Assembly: GCA_002633005.1 (NCBI GenBank)
Contig: NMRA01000231.1
Span: 443,543 to 507,542, forward strand
DNA: 64,000 nucleotides
Reading direction: 5' to 3'
Origin: Phoronis australis
Taxonomy: Eukaryota; Animalia; Phoronida
The notes beneath the pieces are model-generated. The model saw only the letters and a list, made by a program, of their open reading frames with translations. It made no database searches and had not been told where the DNA came from. How positions within the stretch are numbered: position 1 is the first letter of the stretch; each line of letters starts with the position of its first letter. Below are positions 1 through 12,480 of the stretch, one piece after another. Position numbers and translations under genes: made by a program.

Positions 1-183
1 TTTTTGCTATTAAGAGAGTCGATTCGGTAAGTTTAGAAGCCAAAAGCAGAAAAGAAAGCAACTCGTCCAAATCAAACAAAAGCCTACCCGCGATACCAAT
101 GTCGTTTTGGCCAGAGTCTAGTCGTATCGTCTACGTTTTCAGTGATTGCCAGACTTGTATGACTTTATTAGTGTTTAGGCCTA

Positions 184-432
184 CATTGTTCGGACTGCGC
201 TCCTAACTAAATGTTGACTATTCACCGCTTGGGGCGCTAGTGTTTCGACCGGTAATCATTGCGGCAAATGGTATAATGGCGGAGTGAACTCACCTGTACT
301 AGTACAGTCCTTGGTAACACCAAGGAGTGTAGTAGTATAGGAGAGTTCACTTGTGAGTTCGCTGTTACCGCTACTACTAGCGCCGCCAAGTGGTGAACAA
401 GCAACTGTCAACCAGGAAGCGCCAAAACAATG
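184..432. mobile_element. Palindromic (hairpin) MITE-like element
   Basis: Imperfect fold-back: cattgtt...ttcaccgcttggggcgctagt pairs with actagcgccgccaagtggtgaa...aacaatg. The central stem is gtgaactc..ccttgg-taaca-ccaagg..gagttcac. Confidence 0.65.
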
Positions 433-1199
433 GGGAAGGACGCATTTTGCATAGCGATAAATTTCATGAATTCATCCACGAAAACCCCAGACGTGCCATT
501 TTTTAGGTTTGCTAGGGATCCAGAAAGGTAACGATTATCTGTTATTCAATAAAATGATACATTGGCTTTCATTTTGTGTGTTGTGTTCACTGTTGTTAGA
601 CAAGTCGATCACAGTCCCGTTGCCAGTGTTCTGTTGTCTGCAGTGTAGGCTAGGCCTACTGTACAACCGGGCTGCCGGCGGAAGGACTATGATGAACGTA
701 CGATGTGATCGTGAGCTTTTTGCATACTTGCAGTCCATCAATTCCAAATCAAAATGTCACCCGTACGATCGCAGGGACAATTTTAGGAAAACATACCCAT
801 GCCCATGATGGCCAGGAGTAATATGACTGGTGACACAGCCATGGCACAATTACAGCCACATGGCCACTAAGTCGGTCATGAGTCAAGTTAGCGAATCTGT
901 GGGTCTCGGTGAAAAGGCGAAAAATCCGAACATAATTTTAATGTGCCAGTTGGACCAATTAAGTTAAGCAGTGCGTAATTTTATGTGTCAATGATGCGGG
1001 GGCGCGGCCCTGTTATAATATCCGTGGAACAACATTTGAGTTCGAGTTTTTTTCAGTTGACACCAAAACGCTTTTGTCTCTATCACAATCACAGTACGAC
1101 AGGAATTCTGTAGTGTAGTGTACTTTAGTGTAGGCTACCAGTCTTCTGTGAACCTAGTGAGTTTGAGGTTTGTTCCTGAGTCAGTCTTGGATTTCTGTT

Positions 1200-1400
1200 C
1201 AGGTGCAAGTGCTGGGAGCTGACCTTATGAATAGAGTTGCAACCTATTTGTCCAAGAACCGCAAATTATGCTCTCATCACTTCGAGGAGTCCATGTTCAT
1301 GAATGAAGAACAAGCTGGTATTGACTGCAGTGCCCGAACAATATTTGATGTCCCGAATCCACCAAAAATGAAGATGTCAGGGTCAAAAAGTTCTCCGGAA
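1200..1400 (+). pseudogene. THAP zinc-finger C-terminal fragment (transposon-derived)
   Basis: KNRKLCSHHFEESMF...TIFDVPNPP matches the THAP 'CSxHF...PTIF' signature. The N-terminal CxxxxC is missing and the frame is disrupted. Confidence 0.6.
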
Positions 1401-2861
1401 ATTATATTACAGCTCTGGAATAGGCTTTTTGTATTTCTGATTATCGTCTCACAAAGCAAGTACTGGAACATCACGTGTAGAAAGGACAATTAGTCCGCAA
1501 AATCTGGTTTTGGTATTTTACTAAGGTTGATCAGATTGATCCATTTTATGAATGGTCAGCCTGAGACTTGGAGAGAGCCAAAGTGAAGCTGATGGATCAA
1601 TCAGAGTCTGACTGGTGGGCTGAAAGCTATCCGTATCATTTTGCTTCTCGATGACAAAAACCTCTGTGAGTAAATTAGTTTTCAGGTTTATTTATAACGC
1701 ATTTCTTTGGCGAAAAGTGCAGTTGTTTGCTAGTAAATTAATAGAGAGTGACAAGGTTGGTCAGATTTTCTTGTTGTATTGGTTGGTGTATGTGTACGTT
1801 TTTGGAGATTGTGATTGATTTAAGCCCCAGTTGTGGCTAGGTATCAGATATGATCTTCTGGTCTGGCTTTAACTTACCTGAAATATTTACTAATAGGAAC
1901 AGTGGGTATATAAAATAAAATATTGGTTTTATCATCCAAGTCTCTTTAATTCAATTTTGTATGAAGTTATGTGGGTAGTGAATATTTTGATTGCTGTTTA
2001 GTACCTCTTAATTTTTTGTCATGATATTTTGAACTTTGACTAGTTATGAGTGATGATATACTCAATGTTACTTCATTTTGTACATGTAACTTGTGAGCTA
2101 TTCTACAGATTAGCAAGTGACTTGTAACTGTTGGTGAGTGGGAGAGTGGGATTGAGTCCTATACTGGCATGTCTAAGAAATAATGGAATGTTCTAAAATT
2201 GTATTACGATTTTGTAGTGATGAATTGCCTTGCTTTCTTCTTCTCACTTGTGTAACACTCACTGCACAAAACAATTGTCTGCATTGCCAGTAGCCTCATG
2301 CATTGAATAGGGAACACATGCAAAATTGTTGGGTGGAGATGAAACCAGCAGTGAGCTGGGAACAACATGTTTGTCAATGGTCAGGGGAGCATCCAAAATG
2401 TGTGACGATGGGAGGGGCTCAACACCCATGTGGCATACATACCCATTGGTTTTTACCTGTTTAGCACTCCTCCCATGTAACCCCCCTGGGAGGGGGTCAA
2501 CACCCACTTGGCGCCCACCTGCCGGTTTTTGTCTGGTACCCCCTTAGCTGGCACCTGGAGGGAATTCCCTTCTGAACCCTCAGGGGCAATCATTCAAATT
2601 AGGTAGTCCATGGAGGTATGAACTGTTATAAGGAACGATGATTGCCGTGTCAGAACTCAAACATGAAACAAAACCATGATGAATTTTGAAGGGAGCTTCG
2701 AGAGAATAAAAACAAATACACTTTAATATTGATTAAAATACACATTTTCTTTCTCATTCTATTGTAAGTGGATGTTAGTTTATGTATTCTAACCATTTTC
2801 AATCACAAAGTAATTTTATTGCACGTTGAATGTCATTAAAGTATGAATTTATGAGCGTTTA

Positions 2862-3000
2862 CATTATTCGGACTGCGCGCCAAACTACTAGTGTTGATTA
2901 TTCACCGCTTGGAGCGCTAGTGTTTCGACCAGTAACCGTTGCGGCGAATGGTAAAATGGCGGAGTGAACTCTCCTATACTCGTACACTCCTTGGTAACAC
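2862..3000 (+). repeat. Left-half copy of the 184-432 hairpin element
   Basis: Near-colinear match to 184-320 (ttcggactgcgc...ttcaccgcttgg.gcgctagtgtttcgacc...atggcggagtgaactc...ccttggtaacac), ending at the hairpin loop. Confidence 0.8.
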
Positions 3001-3324
3001 TCTCCAATAATGCAATACGGCGTCATATTGACAACACGAGCTCCATTTATCTGAGTGGCGCGCGCCCGGTATATGTATTAAGATGTCTATGGTCACGTTT
3101 AGGGCCTCATTCAAAATGGCCAGCGATATCAGCGAGACGTGTTTCAAAACTCTGCTTATGGAGACAAACAAGGTTTAAGATTGGCAAAACACGTATATTT
3201 GTGAAGGTTGAAATATGTCCATGACATCGCATGAGCAGTTGCTAACGGACATTGGGTAGTATGACAATCAGCAGCTTTTTATGCTTGTGTATTCACGACT
3301 TTAGGGCAACGGTGTCTATACACA

Positions 3325-4150
3325 TAGTGTACCTAATTATCGGACGAAACCTAAATATCGGACATTTCATAAAATCTTGCTTGAAGAATAATTTGAGAAT
3401 TAAATGACACCAATTTTTGTTCCGTCGTAATGCATTCAATGTCCGGGACCGTCTCGTTTTTTACAGCGTTGCCTCGTTTTGATTTCACCGAGAGAGGGTG
3501 CAATTTAGACCCCCAAGTAGGCCTAAAATGGACGATCGCATAAATCGGTTATAAAAGTTGAAAATAAAATCTTTTTCCACAACGAAACCATCTCGTTGAA
3601 CTGACAATTTGTCACTGTTCCATTTTTCATTTGTTTTTAAACTCAAGTCAAACCCCGACCGCGCACGTGCGGGTGTCTTATCAAGAAGCCAAAGAGATAC
3701 TAAAAACTGCAGTGAGTTTGCACGTGCTTTAGTCGTCTGCACTAATTCATCAAAACGACTTGGCGCCGTCATCAGACTTCATGCTGAGGATAAATTTTGT
3801 TGCGAATGGAGCTGTGTTTTAGCAGCATATGTCAAAACACTCAAGCTGAAATTTGGCTACAAGGTGCCCGCGGCCATTACTTGGTTAGTCAGTTTTCCGC
3901 AGGGTGGCGTATAGGGAAACAAACGGTGTCCGATATTTACGTACATGTAGGTTCTCCGAAGGTTTGCTAGTTGTGTTTTTAAAGATCAGTCGGAACATAA
4001 ACGTGGCTTTAGGTGACAAGATATAGTAACACAACAATTCCGTGAAGGTAAGCCATTATTTCAGCAAAGAATTTACAACAGTCCGTAGTATTTTCAATTA
4101 AATATAATGCAAAATGTGCCAAAACGTCCGATAATTAGGTCAATTGACTA
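3325..4150. mobile_element. Non-autonomous TIR element (Tc1/mariner/pogo-type MITE)
   Basis: Perfect 16-bp inverted repeat acctaattatcggacg (3331-3346) / cgtccgataattaggt (4125-4140), with internal variants at ~3349 and ~3926. Flanks are TA-rich and there is no coding capacity. Confidence 0.65.
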
Positions 4151-5220
4151 TATAGTATCACAAGTCTCAGACATCAAAGCAAGAACGAAGCAAACTTTAC
4201 TCAACCTGATAACGATGCAGTTTAATATAGTTTAGCTTACCTGCACTTTCCGCACACCTTAGCATTAGTAACATCGATATTACTTTTAGAACCATGTCGA
4301 AAAGCCTTATTCAAAATGTGGTAGTCTGCCGATAGGTCAACTACCTTCTTCACGTCTGGAGCATGATGCACGTGGAAAACAATTGCATTTGCACGTGCTA
4401 CCATAAACTATAGTACATGGACCACCAACTCTGTATATTTTCAATGTACGAAATCTGTGATCCTCCACACAAGCCGTTACGTCATTTTTCACTGGCGACA
4501 CCTGGCCAAATTATATATTATGCTTAATATTTCCATCAAATGCGTCGTCTACTAATCATGGTCGGCTGCTGTGTTGCCGGGTGAGCGGCCACAGGCGAAA
4601 TGCAGAGGACTTAGTTGCCATAGCGTCCGGATACCCCATAATCGGCTTTGGGAAAAAAGCTTATTTCTTGTGTAAACGTTAATGGCAGTTGTTTCAACAA
4701 TAAGACTTTATATATGTGTTCAAGAAACTTTGATGACACCATCGATGGATGTTATCCATTGTTCTTTACTCCTTTTTGATGAACGTTATATGGGGTTTTT
4801 GACGAATAATGTCCACCAATTTTTTCAAAAGGTAATGACTCATGAAATCCTGTCCTTACGAGGAACTTCAGCCATAGTCTATTGAGCGAATTAACCACAT
4901 TATCCAAATTGGCTGGCCCTTATCAGGCGGTTACTGTGTCAGCAGAATGCGCACATTTCGTCGCGATTTAGGTCGCCGATTTTGCCGATTTATAAACAGG
5001 TGTACAAATAAATTGAACGCTGGTGAAACATTGAACATCAATATAAAACTCATTAATACTTCAAAAATAACCAACTGGACTACTCAATATCTATCTCGCG
5101 ATTCGACAGCAGGTTACATACAGTGTACTTACATGTATCTAATGTCGAAGGTATGACGCAAAAAATCTCTGTACCATCTTAGCCAAGTTCATTGGCGATT
5201 TGGCGTCTATGAAACAACCG

Positions 5221-5459
5221 CAGAGGCGGATCTACAGGGGGGGGGGGTTCAGGGGGTTTAAACCCCCCCTCGAGACAGGATCAAAAATAAAAACTGGAAA
5301 AAAATCGCCAGAAAAACGAAATTAGCTACTAAAAATCCCAAAAAATCTTACACGGGAGGAGGGAAACCCTCTCGCGACCTTCCTTCTCCTCGGCGCTACG
5401 CGCCTCGGATTCTTTCGAATCCTAAACCCCCCCTTACTGAAATTGTAGATCTACCACTG
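5221..5459. mobile_element. Short MITE of the CAGTGGCGGATC..GATCCGCCACTG type
   Basis: Ends cagaggcggatctaca / tgtagatctaccactg are inverted, with G-run and C-run subtermini. Related ends occur at 14161, 14739-14884, 21111, 22081-22094 and 30349-30491. Confidence 0.7.
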
Positions 5460-6672
5460 CAACCACCTACTCACTCGAGTTTCAACATCTTTGCTAGCAT
5501 GAAACAAGAATACCAAAGGGGTGTGAAGGTTGTTTTTATACTTCAGTTTACATGTAACGTTTTTGTAAACGCAGAAATGATTTTTAAAATTCCGCCTTAA
5601 GGCCTAATATTTCCAAACTTATGCCTTTCAAACGAATATTTATGACAAAAAACCATCCGGTTTTGTAAAGTCAAATGCCGCCTCTAGATAATGAAGTAAT
5701 CCTACTCCAAATGTAACAAATGGATACTCACCCACTCCATTTTATCCAATATGACGTCTGCCTGTGCTTGTGGGACCGTTTTATGACTAAATGGCTTCTG
5801 AAGAAACACTGTCTTTTCTTGTATTAGTCGTGACCGGCGTGTACTTCATGTCTGGCCCAAACCTGAATCTTCGACTACCCAGTGGTCTGAAATGCTCGTG
5901 GAATGTTAGAAATCTTTATATTAAGTTACCGGAAGTTGCTGTTAATATAAACAATTGGTCCCTGGATGTTATCTGTCTCCAAGAGACTTGGCTATCTTGC
6001 GACATTGCAAACGAAGAAATTGGAATTTGTGGTTACAATGTGGAACGCCTAGACAGACAAAACGGTACTCGTTGTGGTGGCGTATGCACGCATGTCAGAA
6101 GCAGCCTTGCCTACATTAGAAGACACGACTTAGAGTTAAACAATTTCGACCTTCTGTGTGTTCAACTGAATTTTAAGGATGTCAGTCCTTTAATTGTTCT
6201 CAATTTCTACAGACCCCTGCTCAGACAAATTGGCTTGAAAGCTTTGAATCTGTGGTTAGCACGTGTGGCTATGAGGTGGTTATAGCTGGTGATCTTAATG
6301 TTTATTGGAACGGTGAAGTTTCAAAACCCGCCTCAAACATGTGATTCAAGGTTTGAATCTCCATCAGGTGGTAAGGGAGCCTACCCGTGTGTCAGACTCT
6401 GCCTCACTAATTGATCATGTTTATGTTTCTACTCCGGAGTTTGTGAGATCAGTAAAAGTGGTAAAAAATGGGTAAAGTGATCACTACCCTGTATGCATAG
6501 TCAGGGAAAGGCATTTAGGCGCCAAATTTCATCATGAGTGTGTGACCTATAGATCGTTTAAAAACTTTGATGACCAGACCTTCAAATCGGATCTTGCTCT
6601 TGCTCCCTGGTCAGTCATCAAAGCCTATTATGACATTGATGATGCTCTTGATGCATGGTACAAGTTATTTAA

Positions 6673-9157
6673 AGTCCTTCTCTAAAACACCCCATGTGGT
6701 TCCAGTATCCGAAAATACTTACTACATAAAATCTTATTTTCGACATCCTTTCTTTATATTCTTTTCGCCTTTCTCGCCAAAAGCGATTTTTGAACAGTAT
6801 TTGACCCTTCTCTCTGAGCGTATGGTTACCGGTTGCCATCGGTTATTTCCGTACCCACATTTCCGGTTCATCAGTTCAGGAACTTGTCCTGAAAGCCGGC
6901 ATTTTTTCCTTGTAACTGAATGTGCTTGCTCGAAAAGTCTTCATTATTGTGTTTTGTTAGTACTGTTTCGTGCTTCGTTTGCATATGTAGTGTATTTATA
7001 ATTTGTAGTTAGTGGTCGTTGATGTTTTTTGGAATGTTACTCGTACTTAATTTGTTAAAATAGCATTGGTTTTTAGTTCCTTACGTAGGTTGGTCGAACC
7101 TAAGAACCAATATGGGTCGAACCTATTTTTTTCGGTTTTATTTTTTTTCTCGTTTTGAAAAAGTACTTTGCTATCATCGGAAAGGTAGTGCATTCTACTC
7201 AGTAAAAATCGAAAAAGTATCAAAATCGGGGCAAGCAGTGTAATGTTATTGCAAGTTTTGTGGCGAAATTTGGGTCACTTTGTTTGGATCGCGTCGGCCA
7301 TATTGGAGGACAGTAGGATAAGTTACGAGTTTAAAACTCTGTGTAAATTGTTTTCGCCAACAAATTTCGGTGAAATTCAGGTAGACATGTCTTACTATTC
7401 TGCAAGATTGAACTGTTTTCACCATATTTCAGCCTCGCAGTTGTTACTCATTAAGTGATAAATGTGCTCACAATTCCCTTTGGACTTCGTCTCATTTCTG
7501 GCTGCACCGACAACATGGCGACTTTTGCTGAACTGAAAGGCATGTTCAATCGGCTATTTTGTAATTTGTGAAGATTTAACGTTGATACATTTTGACAAAT
7601 GTTGCTACAAAAAAGAAACTTTGTTCAATTTTCTTGTTTTTTGTGCAAAAATATAAGATATATTTGAATTATTTTACTGTAAATTTCCCATTCAGGTGAT
7701 CTGACACTAAGCTAAAAAAACAGTTGAAATAATTTTGAAATGATTTTTTGTTTGACTGTCAACTGCTGTTCAAGACTTGATTCGGTTTCACAAAATGATT
7801 CATATTTTTCTAAATTTTAAGTCTCAATTGCTTTCAAGTCATCAGGTTATCAAGTCAATTTTAGAAATAAGCTATCTTTTGTTGGATTGTGAAGCTTCAA
7901 GCCTCTAATTCTTGTTCCTTGCAACTTCATATTTTTTTTAAATGATGCTTGTCAAATTCTGGTGTAAGGAAACACTATGTCCACTTTCGTATCATGGAAA
8001 CTGTTGCTGTTGAATAGTGTTTTTTAAGCTAAATGTTGTAAAGTATGGTGCATTTTAAGTTACTTATTAAGTTAAAAGCTTGAATCATTTTGGGTTAATG
8101 AATAAAAATGATAACATTTTGTATTGGACTTGTCATTCTTATGAGCTCGAACGACCCCCTTTTGGAGAACTGGAAAAAGGTCTGCCTCAGTCATAGAAGC
8201 ACGAATTCCGAAAAAGTAGAAAATGAGACAATATTCCACTAGAAGACAGGAAGTACCAAAATTTAGCGTCTGCAATTCATAGCTCTGAACATACCCATTG
8301 AATCTTTTAGTAAAAGATAGACATTCCCAAAAATTTCAGCCCCCCAGTCTTTTAGGCTTGGTGCGCTCATACAAAGTCTGGAAAAATCTCTATTGAAAGC
8401 CAACAACTTTGCACAGTTCGCCAGAAGTACCCAAGTTTTAAATAAACCTCGTTTGAGCGAGCGCTGTTGCCAGCGACCAGTTAGGCCTAAGGGTAGCCTT
8501 GGCGCAAAGCTGTATACATGTAGGCCTACTAACAAGCTGTATTTTGACGATAGTCTTCACTGGTAGCTGGTGACTGAGGCTAACTAAGGTGTGCCGCGGC
8601 AGTGTGACACAGGACTAACCAGCCCGTAATTTCATACAAGTGTCTGAAACTACCCTTGAATATATGCAGCATTTATGATTTGACCATTTTACTTCGACAA
8701 AACAGCTTGCAACCGCATGCATTTACCGTTCGCCAGTGTCTGGTCTCGATCCGCACCGGGTCAGATAGGCTGCGGTCCCGAGTCAGGCAAAATAATTTCT
8801 GTCAAAATTTATTCGCCACATTTCTTCAGCAAATTCGATAAAATTGTCCGTAGTTTGATGTTAAAATTAAGGCACGCTGTCGAGTATTTTATCCCCGTTT
8901 GCTGGCTGGTAACAGTACAGGCACTGCTCCAGTCGCACTGACGGCGTTTTCTCGGCCTGGGTTCCTGAATGAATTGTTCTTCCGGGTTCGCGGCAAGTTC
9001 AAAATGGCGGTGGTTCTTCGGGTGCAAATCGTGAGTTGCGCGTTCATTTAAACTTTTTTCGAGTACGGATCGTGTATTAGTTATGGGGTGGGTACTTCTT
9101 GGATCCTTATAACATCCCCTAACCATGTAATAAGGGTTAACAACGCGTGAGATGACT
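6673..9157. mobile_element. Kolobok-type non-autonomous DNA transposon inserted in the LINE
   Basis: TTAA is duplicated at 6669-6672 and 9158-9161. Termini are AGTCCTTCTC / GAGATGACT (RR..YY). Removing the insert restores the LINE reading WYKLFNS..ILDEHAPWKTRRV. Confidence 0.75.
7178..8060 (+). repeat. Dispersed ~900-bp repeat, copy 1
   Basis: Colinear with 18669-19620 (cggaaaggta.tgcat..actca.taaaaat.gaaaaa.tatcaaaatcgg; gtggcgaaatttgggtca; gcaccgacaa.atggcgact). Confidence 0.85.
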
Positions 9158-9806
9158 TTAACAGTACATGTATTTTAGACGAACATGCTCCATGGAAAAC
9201 TAGACGTGTGAAGAGATTACGTCAGCCTGAATGGTTCAGTGATGACATTTTTGAAGCTATAAAGCTCAGGGATAGTTTTCTTAAGTGCGGAAATTATGAG
9301 GGCTACAAATCAGAGAGAAATTGTTTTGTAACAATGATTAAAAAGGCAAAGAGTGACTATTACTCTTCACTGATCAGTAGTAATCTCAAAAATTCCAAAG
9401 TGTTATGGAAAGTCATCAGACAGGTTGCTCCTAAAGAATAATCCTCTTCACCTGCCATGTTAAAGATTGATAAGAAGTGTGTTCATGATAAATTTTAGAT
9501 TGCCAATAATTTTAACAAATTTCTTACTGACATAGCTAGCAAACTTACTCGTGACCTTAAAGATACACACGCCACTCATAAAGCTTTTATTGACTTTTTA
9601 GTTCCAGAGTTGAGAGTAACATTGGTTATGGTATTCCTCTGGTAAATATGGAATTTGTAAATAAGTTCTTAAATGGTCGTAATCTTAATAAAGCCACTGG
9701 AATGGATAATGTCAGCCCCAAAGTTTTGAAACTAGCTCATGAAGAGCTGGTATAATCCATCACCTATCTTTTAAACCATAGCATTAAAACTTCCAAGTTT
9801 CCTAGT

Positions 9807-10967
9807 TTGTGGAAACTTGCAAAAGTATCCCCTATACACAAAGCCCGTGCTACTGACAATGTAAACAATAACAGACCAATATCAATTTTACCGGTCTTGT
9901 CTAAATTGTTGCAAAAGCATGTTCACCATACTTTTTATTCATTTTTGAATGAGCATGATTTAGTAGTTGCATCTCAGTCCGGTTTCAGAAGTGACCACTC
10001 CTCTGAAACTTCCCTCATTAATATTGTTAACGGCTGGGCTCAGGGTGTAGATAGTGGTCACAACGTTGGTGTAGTATTTTTGGATTTTAAAACAGCTTTT
10101 GATCTCGTTGATCACAAATTGTTAATTTACATGGTAGGCAAGTTCTTCCTAGACTGGTTTAAATCATATCTCTCAGAGAGGTGCCAGGTTGTATCCCGTG
10201 GTGCACATCTGTCTGAGTCCCGAGGTATCACACACTGTGTTCCCCAGGGATCCATCCTTGGACCTCTGCTGTTTTTACTTTTCATAAATGATCTCTCTTT
10301 AGTCTGCGAAAACACGGTTGATATGTATGCAGATGATACTACCTTGTCTGTTGCGGCAAACTCGCTGATCGCTGTAGAGGACAGACTCCAGTCTGCTCTG
10401 GATAAGGTTGCTACCTGGTGTACTGATAATAAAATGGTAATAAATGCTGAAAAAACAAAATATACGAGTATTGCCACAGAGCAACGGCATAATAGAAGTA
10501 ATCTTAAGCTTAACCTTGTTATTTCCAATGTACGCCTCAAATATGTTGACAGTGAAAAGTAACTAGGTGTTACTGTAGACAAGACCCTCAGCTGGTCTAG
10601 CCACATAAATGGGACTGTGTCCAAAATTAGGCAGCGTCTTGGTCTTCTCCGGCGTATATCACCATTTCTTCCCACAAAAGAGCGTCTGCAATATTTCGGC
10701 GCTTGTGTATTCCCTCTGTTCGTTTATTGTAGAACAGTGTGGTCAGGATGCAATGCAAAATTAGTTTCCTCTTTATTGAAGGCTCAAAAGCAGGCGGCCA
10801 GACTTATTTTAGGTGTGCGTTTTGACACTCCATCAACTCATATGTTTAATAGACTGGGGTGGCTCCCTATTGGCAAATATTTGATATATAGGCGTCTTTG
10901 TATAATGCATAGGTGCTTTCACGGTAATGTACCGACTTATCTACCTCATAATCTCGTACTTGTTTGA
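9807..10967 (+). pseudogene. LINE reverse transcriptase domain and C-terminal region (disrupted)
   Basis: ORFs 9807-10562 and 10617-10967 carry the canonical RT motifs including YADD, broken by an in-frame stop near 10560. Confidence 0.9.
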
Positions 10968-11780
10968 AATAGCCACCAGATCAGGACAAGATTTTCTGAC
11001 TCAAACAATTTGGTTTTGCCCAGACACAGAACATCGTTTTATTGTAAGTCCTTCTTTATTCAGACCATCAAACAGTGGAACAATTTGCCTAATAATCTTA
11101 AGGATGCTGATTGTTATGATAAGTTCGGACACCACCTCATCAGTTACATGTACCTGTGGTCGTCATAGATGTCCCTCCTTCTTGTCTTTCCAATATATTT
11201 ACCATTTTTTTATTTATTTATTTATCTTTAATTCAATTTGTTTATCAAATTTGTAAATACTAGTTTATTTAATGTATCTTGTTTTACCTTAATTTAATCT
11301 GTTTATCTAACTTAATTTAATTTATTTAATTTCTTGCTGCAGAGGACCATGCTGGATATTAGCCTTTGGCTAAAGAATGTTTTACATTTATTGTGTATTT
11401 TATCCTCTTTAAATAACGTTTATTATTATTATAATAATAATGGTCCTTCTGACATGTTGGATCGGTTCTGCTAACGCAACCTTGCGAAAACTAACAAAAA
11501 ACATGTGAGATATTGCATCGTGTTACACGCGAAACACGTGATCGGGATTTAGACAATTATACAATCAGCAATTTACCAGTATGTGTTGATAGATATAGTA
11601 AATATATAGACGCTGAGGTTGGCCAGTAATGAAATGTATCAAATAAACACAGACAAACCAGGAACCCCAAATGGGAATCGAACCATAATAATTGTCTAAA
11701 TCCCTTGTGAAAAAGGCGAAACGCCGCTCATGGGATGTATGACTTAACAGTTGGCTGTAAACAGTAATTGCTCAGATATC

Positions 11781-11858
11781 GGGTCCTCGGTAGTTCAGTG
11801 GTGAGAGAACTAGACCGGCAATCTAGAGACCTGTGGTTCGATTCCCAGTTGGGTTTCC
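11781..11858 (+). repeat. tRNA-derived SINE head / tRNA pseudogene
   Basis: A box tagttcagtgg, B box ggttcgattcc and an anticodon-like stem ctaga-ccggcaa-tctag. The acceptor stem is poor. An inverted partial copy lies at ~11659-11687. Confidence 0.6.
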
Positions 11859-12295
11859 TGAGTTTTCAGTGTTACCGACACTATACGGATGTAACAAAAA
11901 CTGAAAGAGCTCTTTAAATTGAAAATAATGTTGAGCCCACTAGAACATTAAGCAGATTGTCACTGTCAGTTACATTTAACAGTGCTCAAAGAAATATACC
12001 CTATATGTCTTGCCATCACAATGAACCAGGCATATGCCACAAATCAAATTACATCACAAGGGAACTTAACAAACATCAGAAAAGTTGAAAACCTATCCTA
12101 GTTCCAAACATTCAATTGTAAATACTGTAGGTCTACCTATTCATTATTCAAAAAACTGTCAGTTCGAATCCTGGCTTCACTGCCTGCTAATCGCGCATTG
12201 CACAAAGGTGTCTCCTACTCCTCTTAGCTTGGACGTAATAGTGAATATGTGCAAGGGTGTGATTTAATGCGAATGCCAATCGTGAGGCTGTGCTT

Positions 12296-12480
12296 ATACA
12301 GCACACATCACGAATTTTTGGCCGACCGGTCGGAAATTGGTCGACGACCGGCCGTCGACCGGTCGTCTAGCCGACCAGCAGCCGACCAACAACGGTCGGC
12401 TAGGAGCCGTCTGCTTAGTCGCCTCTGTGGTCGGCACTTGGGTCGGCTAATTGGTCGCCTAGCGTAGACGACCAATTCAG
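12296..12480 (+). mobile_element. Terminus of a young repeat with GCCGACC-rich subterminal motifs, copy 1
   Basis: 12296-12365 is identical over 70 bp to 63410-63479 and is followed by multiple (g)ccgacc/ggtcgg motifs. Confidence 0.7.

Larger units (their letters stand above)
5791..11440 (+). mobile_element. CR1/L2-group non-LTR retrotransposon (LINE), ORF2 decayed and interrupted
   Basis: APE endonuclease motifs (SWNVRN, DVICLQETWL, RLDR..GGGV, AGDLN, SLIDHVY, SDH) at 5890-6490. RT motifs (WKLAKVSPIHK, RPISILP, QSGFR, FLDFKTAFDLVDH, VPQGSILGPLLFLLFINDL, YADDTT) at 9807-10562. 3' tail (TAT/TAA)n at 11421-11440. Many stops and frameshifts. Confidence 0.92.

Noticed and set aside
5791-5860. 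Possible 2A-like (GDVExNPGP) peptide at the start of LINE ORF2
   Set aside because: The sequence reads TGVYFMSGP; the position fits but the DxExNPGP core is absent.
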